DNA of 64,000 nt. Origin: Actinomycetota bacterium. GTDB lineage: Bacteria; Actinomycetota; UBA4738; HRBIN12. Each line of letters opens with the position of its first letter. Within the stretch, counting starts at the first letter, position 1. Positions 32,696-41,622 of the stretch are shown here, one piece after another. A model generated the notes under the pieces. The model did not search any database. It was given only the letters and a program-made list of their open reading frames with translations, and was not told the DNA's origin. The stretch covers positions 7,649 to 71,648 of the forward strand of contig DATLZM010000004.1 in assembly GCA_035573995.1 (NCBI GenBank). Direction: 5' to 3'. A program made the position numbers and the translations under genes.

Positions 32696-33949
32696 TCAGG
32701 ACGAGGGGGTGGCCGCGTCGGGGTCCCAGGTCGGGCGCCCGTGTCGGGTGAAGAAGTCAGTTTCGGCCAGGAGAGGGTGGACCCACGCCTTGGCCAGCGC
32801 CAGGCCCCCTCCGAAGAGGGCTGCCACCGCTCCCAGCGTGGCGAGGAGGGGAGGCACGACTCCGGCAGTCCCCAGCGCGAGCAGCGCCAGGCCCGCATTG
32901 AGCGCGCCGAGTTGGACCCAGCCTCCCCACTCCACCGCCGAGAGGAGCCGCCGCCGTTTCTCTGGGTGGGCGCGTCGCCCGGCCGGCAGGAGATACAGCC
33001 ACGCTCCTAGCAGGGTCTGCAGCACCCACCCACCCCCGAGGGTCACAAGGAACAGGTCCCGCCCGGTGGCCAGCCAAGCCGCACCGTAGCTCAGGCCCAC
33101 CACCGTCCACCCCACGCCCCCAACGAACCACAGAAGCGCGAGGAGGAGATGCCGGCCGGCGATCGGCACCGGCCACCGCCGGGGAGCGGACATCACCCTC
33201 CGGACCATCTCCAGGAGCCCGGCCACGCCAGCCAGGTACACCAGGCCTCCTGCCACTGCGACCGGGGTGACCGCCCAAGCGAGACCGAGGGCGGCGAGGC
33301 CGACCCCCGCTGGCAGCAGCCACTCGGTCAGGCGGCCTGGCCACCTTGGCATTCTGACCCGCAGAACGGTGGGAAGGAGGGTGACAAGGGTGGCGGCGAT
33401 GGTGACCGAAGCCCAGCCCAGCACGTTGAGCACGATGTGCGCGGCTCGCAGTCCCAGCCAGCGTTCTCCGGCAACGACTCCAGCCCCCAAGAGCGTGCCA
33501 ATTGTCCCGCCACCCAGGAGGAACACCACCGCTGCCAGGTAGAGAGCGACGGGGAGTCGGTGCCGCAGGTGCAGAGCCTGCCGCCGCGCTCGGAGGACGA
33601 TCCACCCTAGGAGCAGGGCCCCACCGAGAAAGGCGGACCCACCGACCGCCACCAGTTGGGGCACCTCCACCATCCGTCCGGCCACGACCAGGGCGGCACC
33701 GACACTTACCAGGCCGAACTGACTCCAGGTCATCCAGGACGGTGGGGGCGGAGTGGCGGTGAGCGCGGCCACGAAGGTCTGCATGGCACCGCTGATGGCG
33801 AGGGAGACAGCCCCGGTCAGGGCCAGGTGGAGAGGAACCCACCACCCCAGGCGGAGTCTCTCCGGCAGCAGGAGGGAGGCCGCAGCCGCGGTCAGCCAGG
33901 CCCGGGACGCAGTCTGATAGAGGCGCATGGTGTCTCGCGGCCTCATCAC
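32696..33949 (-). CDS. 12-TM membrane protein of unknown function (conserved intramembrane His; NnrS-like topology?)
   Basis: 417-aa ORF, continuous hydrophobic helices, PLHLALTGAVSLAISGAMQTF and AAHIVLNVLGWASVTIAA repeats. No family recognised with confidence. Confidence 0.5.
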   Translation of the reverse strand: MMRPRDTMRLYQTASRAWLTAAAASLLLPERLRLGWWVPLHLALTGAVSLAISGAMQTFVAALTATPPPPSWMTWSQFGLVSVGAALVVAGRMVEVPQLVAVGGSAFLGGALLLGWIVLRARRQALHLRHRLPVALYLAAVVFLLGGGTIGTLLGAGVVAGERWLGLRAAHIVLNVLGWASVTIAATLVTLLPTVLRVRMPRWPGRLTEWLLPAGVGLAALGLAWAVTPVAVAGGLVYLAGVAGLLEMVRRVMSAPRRWPVPIAGRHLLLALLWFVGGVGWTVVGLSYGAAWLATGRDLFLVTLGGGWVLQTLLGAWLYLLPAGRRAHPEKRRRLLSAVEWGGWVQLGALNAGLALLALGTAGVVPPLLATLGAVAALFGGGLALAKAWVHPLLAETDFFTRHGRPTWDPDAATPSS

Positions 33950-34133
33950 TTCCGGCCCCCCGCGGTGTGGGGGGCCGCCTCCTCCAGGTGGTCCGGATTC
34001 GCCGACAACGCCAGCTGCGGAAACACCTTGAGCTCCCCGGCTTCCCCGCGGCCCAGATGGTCCTCCACGCCGCCCGGAGGGCTTCGAGGTCGCACCCTCC
34101 GGCGGGGGACCTTGTCCGCGACCGCCGTGCCCA

Positions 34134-35261
34134 TCACCGACAGGTGGATGTCTGAGCCGAGGGCCTCAGGACCTCCTCGATCCTGCCCTGCCAGTCCGGC
34201 ACCACGCTGGCCGCGGCCCGTAGCATGCCGAAACACCCGGTCAGCATCTGGTCCCCGTAGGGTGCCGGGAACCGCACCGGAAGACGGCTGCCCTTGAGCA
34301 GGGCCCGCCTGGGTCCCGTCACCGCCACCACGCTGGGCGAGGATGGGGTCCGGTCCCTGGTCCACGCGCCGTGGCCGTGCTCCTGGAAGACGGTCTCGTG
34401 GTCGATGGTCCCGCGAGCCAGGTCCTCGAGCAGGTCCTCCAGTCGGGCCCGGTCCAGCAGGCCCGTGTGGTGCTCGAAGAGGCCGCCCACCAGGCCTCCT
34501 CGAAACCGGAAGGCCAACGTGTGGAAGGTCCCCACGTTCACCACCAGGCTCTCCGGCTGAGCTCGCACGTCAGGATCCTCCAGGGCACCCAGGGCAGCGG
34601 CGGGTCCCGTGTCCATCACCACCACCGGGACCTCGGTGGCTTCACGGGCCACCCGCGCCACCCCACGCATCCTCGTCATCGAGGCCGGGATGTCCTCGGC
34701 GCGGTACGCGAAGGACTCCAGGCTGCCCTGGCGCAGCCGTTCCGCCAGGTACTGCAGCCGGAACAGCCGGTCGCTCGTTCCCGGGGGAGCCTCGCCGTGG
34801 TCGAAGACGCCGACCACCAGGCCGTCCAGCTCGAGCTCGACCCCGAAGGACCGGAACACGGCGCCGATCCGGTCCAGCTCGAGGTCCCGGAGCCGGATCC
34901 GCTCCACCCCTCGCAGCCTCGCGGCTTCGTCGTCGCTCACCACGCGGAGTCCGAGTTCGCGCTGGAGGACAGTCAGGTCGTCGTCGAAGGTCCGGGCGGC
35001 TTCCGGGGTGGCATAGAGGGGCAGACCGGCCCTGGCGTGGTCACGGGCCGCCCAGTGGGAGGGGCCGCCGCCCATGGTCGTCCCCACCAACAGGACGGGA
35101 CGTCGTCCGGCCGTGGCCCGGCGGATCCGCTGGGCGACCAGGACCGTGGGCGCGGGCATCACCAACTTCAGGAAGGCCTCAGGGTCCCTCCCGCTCTCGA
35201 AGAGAACGACGTCCTGGGTACCCGTGCCTACGTCGACCGCGAGCAGCCTCAGGCCTGGCAC
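34134..35261 (-). CDS. DUF1786-family (ASKHA-like) protein
   Basis: LLAVDVGTGTQDVVLFESGRDPE...MGGGP...VVVMDTGPAAALGA...VNVGTFHTLAF... resembles DUF1786. Start uncertain: GTG 35261 (VPGLRLLAVDVG) or TTG 35405. Confidence 0.55.
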   Translation of the reverse strand: MPGLRLLAVDVGTGTQDVVLFESGRDPEAFLKLVMPAPTVLVAQRIRRATAGRRPVLLVGTTMGGGPSHWAARDHARAGLPLYATPEAARTFDDDLTVLQRELGLRVVSDDEAARLRGVERIRLRDLELDRIGAVFRSFGVELELDGLVVGVFDHGEAPPGTSDRLFRLQYLAERLRQGSLESFAYRAEDIPASMTRMRGVARVAREATEVPVVVMDTGPAAALGALEDPDVRAQPESLVVNVGTFHTLAFRFRGGLVGGLFEHHTGLLDRARLEDLLEDLARGTIDHETVFQEHGHGAWTRDRTPSSPSVVAVTGPRRALLKGSRLPVRFPAPYGDQMLTGCFGMLRAAASVVPDWQGRIEEVLRPSAQTSTCR

Positions 35262-35488
35262 GTCAGCCAGGCAGTTTCCGGTCCGGGTCGGTGGCTCCCA
35301 AAGGCCGATGGTCCCTGGAAATCCGGGACCCTTAGCCCTCCGCCGCCCACCGGCCTTTCGGTACCGTCCCGTCCACGACGCCGACTCGGCCGGTGGGGAC
35401 GCCAACCGCGCGGGGGGATGGGTCCCCCGTAGCGATCACCGGGGTCAGGGCATCACGGTAGGACGGCTGGGAAACCTGAGGAGGTGAC

Positions 35489-35989
35489 ATGGGACCGACG
35501 GAACCGATCGAGGAGTTCACCCGGATCTTCCGGGAGGAGCATCGCAGGGTGCGTGACGGACTGCTCGACCTGGCCGAGGCCTTCAGGGCCCGAGACCGGT
35601 CCCGGGCCCAGGCCCTCCTGCGGGACGTGGCCGAACTGACCGGCCCCCACTTCCGCTACGAGGAGGAGTCCCTGTACCCAGCCCTGGTCCGCATCTTCGG
35701 AGCCGCGTACGTCGAGAAGCTGCTGGCCGACCACGATCGGGCCATCGCCGCGGCCCGGAGGCTCACGGAGCTGGCCGGCGCGGACGAGCTGCGGGAGGAG
35801 GACGTGGAGGAGGCCACTGAGCTCGTCCGCCAGGTCCTGCCCCACGTGAGCGACTGCGAAGGGCTGTCGCTCATGGTGGAGCGCTTCGAGGAAGAGACTG
35901 TCCGTTCCATCCTGGACGCCAGGGCCCGGGCCCTGGACGAGGGACTGGACCTCATGCGGTGGGCGGAGGAAGTCCGCGGCCGACCGTGA
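35489..35989 (+). CDS. hemerythrin-like (HHE cation-binding) domain protein
   Basis: GAGGAGGTGAC before the ATG. FREEHRRVRDGLLDL...GPHFRYEEESLYPAL...LLADHDRA...LPHVSDCE gives His/Glu spacing of a four-helix hemerythrin domain. Confidence 0.7.
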   Translation: MGPTEPIEEFTRIFREEHRRVRDGLLDLAEAFRARDRSRAQALLRDVAELTGPHFRYEEESLYPALVRIFGAAYVEKLLADHDRAIAAARRLTELAGADELREEDVEEATELVRQVLPHVSDCEGLSLMVERFEEETVRSILDARARALDEGLDLMRWAEEVRGRP

Positions 35990-37068
35990 CGACGGGTCGC
36001 TTCAGGCGAGGGCTGCGGGCCGTGAAGGGCCCGGCGGTCGTTGCCGGCGTCCTGTGGCTGGGCCTGACCGCGCTGGGGGAGGTGGCCCTCTGGCGGCCCC
36101 GGTTCTTCCCCGGGCGCTATGCGGCGGAGGCGCAGCTCGTCGACTCGGCCTTCCTCCTCCTGGCCCGCCTGGCGGTTCCGGTGTTCGCGTTCGTCCTCTC
36201 CGTGCTGGTGGTGGCGGTGGCCCGCTTCCGGCACCGGCGGGGACCTAGGCAGGACGGCCCGCCCCTCCGGGGCGACCCGGTCGTCTACTCGCTGTGGCTG
36301 TCGCTCACCACGGCCCTGGCGCTGCTGGTCATCCTGAACCCGGGCCTCCTCGGCCTGCAGGAGCTCCAGCAACCGGTGGGGGAGCGGGACGAGCTGGTGG
36401 TGCGGGCCGAGGCTTCCCGCTGGTCTTGGGCCGTTACCTATCCGAACGGGGTGACCACGAGGGACGAACTCGTCCTCCCGGCCGGCCGTCGGGTGCGGTT
36501 CGAGGTCACCAGCACCGACATCCTCCACTCTTTCTGGATCCCTGCCTTCCGGCTGAAGGTGGATGCAGTCCCGGGCATGACGACGGTGGTCCACGCCACT
36601 CCGACCCGGGTCGGGTCGTCCGACCACGACCCGGCCCTTCGGGTCCAGTGCGCGGAGCTCTGCGGGCTGGGCCACTCCATGATGTCCATGCGGGTCCGGG
36701 TCGTTGACCAGGAGACCTTCGAGGCGTGGCTGCGGGGAACGACCCCGGGTCCAGCCGCCTGCGCCCCGGCCCGTGCCGAACTCCGGATCACGGCGGAGCG
36801 GATCGCCTTCGACCGGTCGTGCCTGGCGGTCCCCGCGGACACTCCGGTCACCCTCACCCTGGACAACCGCGACCAGGGCATCCCCCACAACCTGTCAGTG
36901 GCCCGAGACGAGGGCTTCACGGACGTCGTCTTCAGCGGGGAGATCTTCTCGGGGCCCGGGAGCCGGACCTACCGGCTGGGCCCGCTCCCGGCAGGCACCT
37001 ACTTCTTCCGCTGCGACGTCCACCCCGTCCCAGCCATGTCCGGCACGTTCATCGTGGAGGAGGGTTAG
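35986..37068 (+). CDS. ctaC: heme-copper oxidase subunit II (CuA) fused to a C-terminal type-1 (blue) copper cupredoxin domain
   Basis: GTG 35986 overlaps the hemerythrin stop (alternative GTG 35959). TMs, CuA site ILHSFWIPAF...CAELCGLGHSMM, then a second cupredoxin: TLDNRDQGIPHNLSV...GTYFFRCDVHPVPAMSGTFIV (His...Cys-X2-His-X4-Met). Confidence 0.85.
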   Translation: MTTGRFRRGLRAVKGPAVVAGVLWLGLTALGEVALWRPRFFPGRYAAEAQLVDSAFLLLARLAVPVFAFVLSVLVVAVARFRHRRGPRQDGPPLRGDPVVYSLWLSLTTALALLVILNPGLLGLQELQQPVGERDELVVRAEASRWSWAVTYPNGVTTRDELVLPAGRRVRFEVTSTDILHSFWIPAFRLKVDAVPGMTTVVHATPTRVGSSDHDPALRVQCAELCGLGHSMMSMRVRVVDQETFEAWLRGTTPGPAACAPARAELRITAERIAFDRSCLAVPADTPVTLTLDNRDQGIPHNLSVARDEGFTDVVFSGEIFSGPGSRTYRLGPLPAGTYFFRCDVHPVPAMSGTFIVEEG

Positions 37069-37073
37069 CGAAG

Positions 37074-38900
37074 GTGCGCCCCTTGGTCCGTGGCCTGGTG
37101 TCCGGCTTCCTGGGCTTCGGCCTGGGGGCGGGCCTCACGGCCCTCGTTCAGGTGCTCACGGGCCGACCGGTGGGCGGCGCGGTTGCTCTGGTGCTGGGGT
37201 ACCTCCTGGGCCTGGCTGGGTGGCTCCTGGGCGTGGGGGTGTGGCACGCCTGGGTGCGGCAGTGGTTCGGGGGCCGGACCGAGCCCGAGCCGAGGGGGTG
37301 GCGCCGCTACCTCGCCTTCTGTACCGACCACAAGGTGATCGGGGTTCAGTACCTCGTCACGTTCGTCGTCGTCTTCCTGCTGGCGGGGGCCCTGGCCATG
37401 CTCATGCGGGTGGAGCTGTCCTCCCCGGGCCTCACCATCATGTCCCCCGATGGCTACAACACGGTAATGAGCCTCCACGGCATCCTCATGATCACCGTGG
37501 CCGTGGCGGCGGTCATGGGGGGCCTGGGCAACTACCTGGTCCCGCTCATGATCGGGGCCGAGGACATGGCCTTCCCCCGGCTCAATGCCCTGTCATACTG
37601 GCTGGTCCCTCCGGCGGCCGTCCTGCTCCTGGCCGCTCCGTTTGCCGGGGGCTTGGAGGCTGGCTGGACGGCCTACCCGCCTCTCTCGGAGATCAGCCCC
37701 CTCGGCCAGGTCCTGTTCGTCCTGGCCATCATCACGTTCGGCCTGTCCTCCATCCTGGGGGGTCTGAACTTCCTGGCCACCATCATCACCATGCGGGCAC
37801 CCGGGATGACGTGGGGCCGGTTGCCGATCTTCGTGTGGTCCATCTTCGCCGCCTCCGTCCTGAGCCTGCTCTTCACGCAGTTCTTCGCCGCCTCGGTCCT
37901 CCTGGTCCTCCTGGACCGGGTGGCTGGCATGGCCTTCTTCGACGCCGCCCGCGGGGGGAAGCCCCTCCTGTACCAGCACCTGTTCTGGTTCTACTCCCAC
38001 CCGGCCGTGTACATCATGATCCTGCCCGGCTTCGGCATCGCCCTCGAGGTCCTGGCTCACTTCTCGCGCAAGCCGCTGTTCGCCTACCCGCTGGCCGTCG
38101 CCGGATTCCTCGGGATCGTGGTTCTCTCCGGTGCGGTCTGGGGCCACCACATGTTCACCTCCGGCATGTCCCAGGGGGCGGTCACGCCGTTCATGGTCAG
38201 CACCGAGCTCATCTCTATCCCCACCGGGCTCGTGTTCCTCTCCGCATTGGGGACCATCTGGCGAGGGCGGCTGTGGCTGGCCACGCCGATGCTCTTCGCC
38301 CTCGCGTTTGTATTCAACTTCCTGATCGGAGGGATCACGGGGATTTTCCTGGCGGACGTGGCCACCGACGTGCACCTGACCGACACCTACTTCGTGGTGG
38401 CACACTTCCACTACACGATTGTGGGTGGGGAGATCTTCGCCTTGTTCGCCGGGATCTACTACTGGTTCCCAAAGATGACGGGGAGGATGTACCACGAGGG
38501 CCTCGGGAGGCTGCACGCCTGGTGGATGTTCCTGGGCTTCAATCTGGTCTTCCTGCCGATGTTCTGGCTGGGCGTCAACGGGATGAACCGGCGGGTCGCC
38601 GACTACGTTCCGCAGTTCGCCGGCGTGAACCGCTTCGTCAGCGTTGCGGCGTTCTTCCTGGGCGGGAGCTTCCTCGTGTTCGCGTGGAACGTGCTGACCG
38701 CCTGGATCCGTGGCCCCCAGGCGGCCGCCAACCCGTGGGGGGCCAGGACTCTCGAGTGGCAGATCGGTTCTCCTCCGCCCAGGGAGAACTTCCCGGTCGT
38801 CCCCGAAGTGGTGGGAGGGCCCTACGACTACGGTCTCCCGGGTGCGGTGCACGCGCGATTGGGTCCATCTGTGCCGATCGCTGGGGGTGAGTTGGAGTGA
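37074..38900 (+). CDS. ctaD: heme-copper oxidase subunit I, A2-type, with N-terminal 2-TM extension
   Basis: 608 aa from GTG 37074 (residue 117 of ORF 36726..38900). FCTDHKVIGVQY, GNYLVPLMIGAEDMAFPRLN, WFYSHPAVYIMILPGFG (YS in place of the helix-VI Glu marks the A2 class), WGHHMF, VAHFHYT. Confidence 0.95.
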   Translation: MRPLVRGLVSGFLGFGLGAGLTALVQVLTGRPVGGAVALVLGYLLGLAGWLLGVGVWHAWVRQWFGGRTEPEPRGWRRYLAFCTDHKVIGVQYLVTFVVVFLLAGALAMLMRVELSSPGLTIMSPDGYNTVMSLHGILMITVAVAAVMGGLGNYLVPLMIGAEDMAFPRLNALSYWLVPPAAVLLLAAPFAGGLEAGWTAYPPLSEISPLGQVLFVLAIITFGLSSILGGLNFLATIITMRAPGMTWGRLPIFVWSIFAASVLSLLFTQFFAASVLLVLLDRVAGMAFFDAARGGKPLLYQHLFWFYSHPAVYIMILPGFGIALEVLAHFSRKPLFAYPLAVAGFLGIVVLSGAVWGHHMFTSGMSQGAVTPFMVSTELISIPTGLVFLSALGTIWRGRLWLATPMLFALAFVFNFLIGGITGIFLADVATDVHLTDTYFVVAHFHYTIVGGEIFALFAGIYYWFPKMTGRMYHEGLGRLHAWWMFLGFNLVFLPMFWLGVNGMNRRVADYVPQFAGVNRFVSVAAFFLGGSFLVFAWNVLTAWIRGPQAAANPWGARTLEWQIGSPPPRENFPVVPEVVGGPYDYGLPGAVHARLGPSVPIAGGELE

Positions 38901-39136
38901 CTCGAAGGGCTCCAGCAGGGAGCGGGGTCGGGCGGCCCGAGCAGCTTGCGGCCCGGCTCCGACTGGGTACGAGGGTGTTCGGGGTGCTCCTCGCTCTCGA
39001 GGTGGTCGAGTACCTGGTCGGGACCACGCTCGAGCACGCACTGGTCCCGCTCATCCTCCTGGCTCTGGTAGCCGCCTGGCCCATCGTGCGCTACTACATG
39101 CACGTTGACCAGCTGAGGCCAGGAGGCCGGCAGTGA
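38897..39136 (+). CDS. small 2-TM protein, oxidase subunit IV-like
   Basis: GTGA overlaps at both ends (with subunit I stop and subunit III start). ...VFGVLLALEVVEYLVGTTLEHALVPLILLALVAAWPIVRYYMH. Confidence 0.5.
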   Translation: MTRRAPAGSGVGRPEQLAARLRLGTRVFGVLLALEVVEYLVGTTLEHALVPLILLALVAAWPIVRYYMHVDQLRPGGRQ

Positions 39137-39705
39137 GCAGCGTCCGAGTAGCCACCACACACGGCCAACTGGTCGGCCGACTGCGGGCCAACCAGCTCGG
39201 GCTGTGGTTCTTCATCGCGTCCGAGTCGTTCCTGTTCGCGGCGGTCATCTCGGCCCGTTACTACGTCCTGGGAGTGGAGCGACCAGAGGAGCTGAACCAG
39301 CCCCTCGGCTTCGCGATTTCCGTGGTCCTTCTCCTCTCGAGCCTCACGGCGTACCGGGCGGAGATCGCCATGGGCCACGACGACCGGCGCCGCTTCTTTC
39401 GCAACGTCCGCACGACCATTGGCTTGGGCCTGCTGTTCCTGGTCGGAGTGGGCCTCGAGTGGCAGGAGGGCCTCCGGTTCTTCCCCCCGCGCACGCTCTA
39501 CGGGAGCGTGTTCTTCACCCTCGTGGGCCTGCACGCGTTTCACGTCTTCACGGGCCTCGTCGGTCTCGCGGTCGTCACGGACATGGCCCGGAGGGGGCGT
39601 TTCGGGTCGCAGGACCTGTGGCCGGTGGAGGGGGTCGTGAAGTACTGGCACTTCGTGGACGTGGCCTGGGTGTTCATCTTCCCCACGCTGTACCTGGTCT
39701 CCTAG
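39133..39705 (+). CDS. ctaE: heme-copper oxidase subunit III
   Basis: LGLWFFIASESFLFAAVISARYY...GLHAFHVFTGL...KYWHFVDVAWVFIFPTLYL is the canonical CoxIII pattern. Confidence 0.9.
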   Translation: MSSVRVATTHGQLVGRLRANQLGLWFFIASESFLFAAVISARYYVLGVERPEELNQPLGFAISVVLLLSSLTAYRAEIAMGHDDRRRFFRNVRTTIGLGLLFLVGVGLEWQEGLRFFPPRTLYGSVFFTLVGLHAFHVFTGLVGLAVVTDMARRGRFGSQDLWPVEGVVKYWHFVDVAWVFIFPTLYLVS

Positions 39706-39721
39706 CTGAACCGCCTCGGGT

Positions 39722-39970
39722 TTACCGGAGGCTGGGTTCGTGGAGTCCGACGTTAGCGAGTGAGTCCCTCTTTCTCCAGTAGGCGGTCTCGAACTCCGCG
39801 GGCGGGACGTGCCCGATGAGCTCCAGGAGGCGGCGGTGGTTGAACCAGTCCACCCACTCAAGCGTGCCGTACTCGACGTCGTCGATCCCCCTCCACGGGC
39901 CCCGCCGGCGGGTGAGCTCGGCCTTGTACAGCCCGATGATCGTTTCGGCCAGCGCGTTGTCGTGACCATC
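39722..39970 (-). mobile_element. IS3-family transposase C-terminal fragment (relic)
   Basis: Last 82 codons of ORF 39722..40180: DGHDNALAETIIGLYKAELTRRRGPWRGIDDVEYGTLEWVDWFNHRRLLELIGHVPPAEFETAYW is the end of an rve integrase core. Nothing transposase-like lies upstream. Confidence 0.6.
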
Positions 39971-40015
39971 CTTCTCTCGCTCACTGCTTTGCGGTGGCGA
40001 ACCGGCAGTGGCAGC

Positions 40016-40180
40016 GACATCCGCACCTTCGAGATCACGGTCCGGGCGACGGAGGCGATGGCCGTCCTCACGCTCGAACCGGGAGCGACAGAGGAGGCGA
40101 GCGTCACGTTCCGGGAGCTCAGGCAGATCCTCTACGGGTGTCCCGTACCCGGGCACTACCGCGCCGGTAGGTGGAGCCAC
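40016..40180 (+). pseudogene. cupredoxin gene remnant (internally deleted)
   Basis: Within ORF 39809..40270: DIRTFEITVRATE...LEPGATEEASVTFRELRQILYGCPVPGHYRAGRWSH resembles the start and the Cys-X-X-Pro-Gly-His copper loop of plastocyanin-like proteins (compare FLCSVPGHAEAGMTG at 42192..42638). The middle of the domain and the Met ligand are missing. Confidence 0.3.
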
Positions 40181-40558
40181 CCGGCCAGGCCTCGTCCACC
40201 AGGATGTCGCGGGCCGCGAGCATTCCGATCACCCTGCCCTCCTCGCACACGGACAGGTGCCGGGCCTTGAGCTTGAGCATCATGGCCCCCGCCTCGGACA
40301 GCTCGGCCTCGAGCGAGATCACGGCCGGGTCGGGAGTCATGTGTTCGTCGACGTCCGCTGTCCAGGGATCGGCGCCGTCGCGATGGCGCGGACCACGTCC
40401 CGCTCGGTGATGATCCCCTCGAACGCCTGGCCTCGGAACACGGCGAGCGCACCCACCTCGTTCTCGACCATCCGCTCCGCCGCCTGCGCGAGTGTCTCCC
40501 GGGGCTCCGCCCTGATCAGGGTCGGCGTGTAGACCGCGCGCACCTTCATCGTCGCCAC
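40119..40558 (-). pseudogene. CBS-pair gene split by a frameshift between the two CBS repeats
   Basis: ORF 40337..40558 (CBS1: ...FEGIITERDVVRAIA) and ORF 40119..40340 (CBS2: MTPDPAVISLEAELSEAGAMMLKLKARHLSVCEEGRVIGMLAARDIL). Reading 40340-40375 in the second frame gives the expected linker DGADPWTADVDEH, so one base is missing near 40371-40380. Confidence 0.55.
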
Positions 40559-40650
40559 CTCCTCGCCCCTAGGCTGCGGGCCCCCGGCGCCGGCGAGCAG
40601 GGGCGATGGTCACCGCCTGCGGGGGCCACCCGACCCCTCCCCGGGGCGCT

Positions 40651-40684
40651 CGGGCCCTCCCGGGAGCAGTCCCGGGAGGGCCCG
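40651..40684 (-). terminator. 15-bp perfect GC hairpin after the DUF2892 gene
   Basis: cGGGCCCTCCCGGGA gcag TCCCGGGAGGGCCCg, 14 nt downstream of the stop at 40699. No U tract. Confidence 0.5.
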
Positions 40685-40698
40685 TTCGGCGTCCGTCG

Positions 40699-40905
40699 TC
40701 AGCGCGCCCGGGCCTGGCGCAGGACGGGCCGGACCAGGCACGGACCGAGGATCCCCGCGATCAGCGGGACCAGCCCGATCAGGGCGATGACCGTGCCCGC
40801 CAGGCCCCCGACGGCCACGAGATCGATGACGATCAGGACGACGCCGAGCAGGATCCGGACGAGGCGCCCGGTCCCGCTCTCCATGAACCGCACGAAGCGC
40901 TCCAT
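40699..40905 (-). CDS. DUF2892 (YgaP C-terminal-like) small membrane protein
   Basis: 68 aa from ATG 40905 (AGCGAGGAGGTGAGCGCC upstream): MERFVRFMESGTGRLVRILLGVVLIVIDLVAVGGLAGTVIALIGLVPLIAGILGPC. Confidence 0.65.
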   Translation of the reverse strand: MERFVRFMESGTGRLVRILLGVVLIVIDLVAVGGLAGTVIALIGLVPLIAGILGPCLVRPVLRQARAR

Positions 40906-40974
40906 GGCGCTCACCTCCTCGCTCCTCCGCATCCACCGATGCCGGGCCGGACCGAACGATGCGCGGCCGGCGGC

Positions 40975-41622
40975 TCAGGCGGGGACCGCGAGCCAGCCGA
41001 CGAACCCGGCGGCGGGGTCGTCGCCCTCGACGACCGGTTCGGGTGCGGGCGCGTCGGTGGGGGGCTGGCGGAGCGTGGAGCGGGCGCGGACGACGCGGAG
41101 GCCGGCGCCGCGGAGGGCCCCGGCGAGCTCCTCCCGGGTGAGGAAGCGGGCGGCCGCGTAGAACGGGTGGCCGGCCTGGCCCAGCTCCCGGTAGCGCTCG
41201 CCCCACGGGCTCTCCGCGAACACGTCTCCCAGCACCACCCCGCCGCCGGGCCGCAGGACCCTCCGCGCCTCCCGGAGCAGGAGCGCGGGGTCGTCGGCGA
41301 AGCAGAGCGTGACCACCACGAGGACCGCCCCGAAGGCGCCGTCGCGGAACGGCAGCCGTTCCCCGACCCCCCGCACCACCCGCACGCCCCGCGCCGCCGC
41401 CAGCAGGAGCGGGGCATGGGCCGGGTCCAGCCCGTAGCCCACGCCGAGCGCCCGCGCGAACCGCCCGCTCCCCACGCCGACCTCGAGCCGGGGCGGGGGG
41501 AGGCCCTCCAGGAGCGGCCGGAGGCAGGCGACCTCCAGCGGGAACACCACCCGCCCGACCGGGCCCTCGTACCAGGCGTCGTACCGCTCCGCGAGGCGCT
41601 CGAAGAGCCGAGCCGTGGTCAC
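40975..41622 (-). CDS. class I SAM-dependent methyltransferase
   Basis: 215 aa from GTG 41622 (GTGA overlap with the sigma gene stop): RLEVGVGSGRFARALG (motif I), FGAVLVVVTLCFADDP, LRPGGGVVLGD. Confidence 0.8.
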   Translation of the reverse strand: MTTARLFERLAERYDAWYEGPVGRVVFPLEVACLRPLLEGLPPPRLEVGVGSGRFARALGVGYGLDPAHAPLLLAAARGVRVVRGVGERLPFRDGAFGAVLVVVTLCFADDPALLLREARRVLRPGGGVVLGDVFAESPWGERYRELGQAGHPFYAAARFLTREELAGALRGAGLRVVRARSTLRQPPTDAPAPEPVVEGDDPAAGFVGWLAVPA

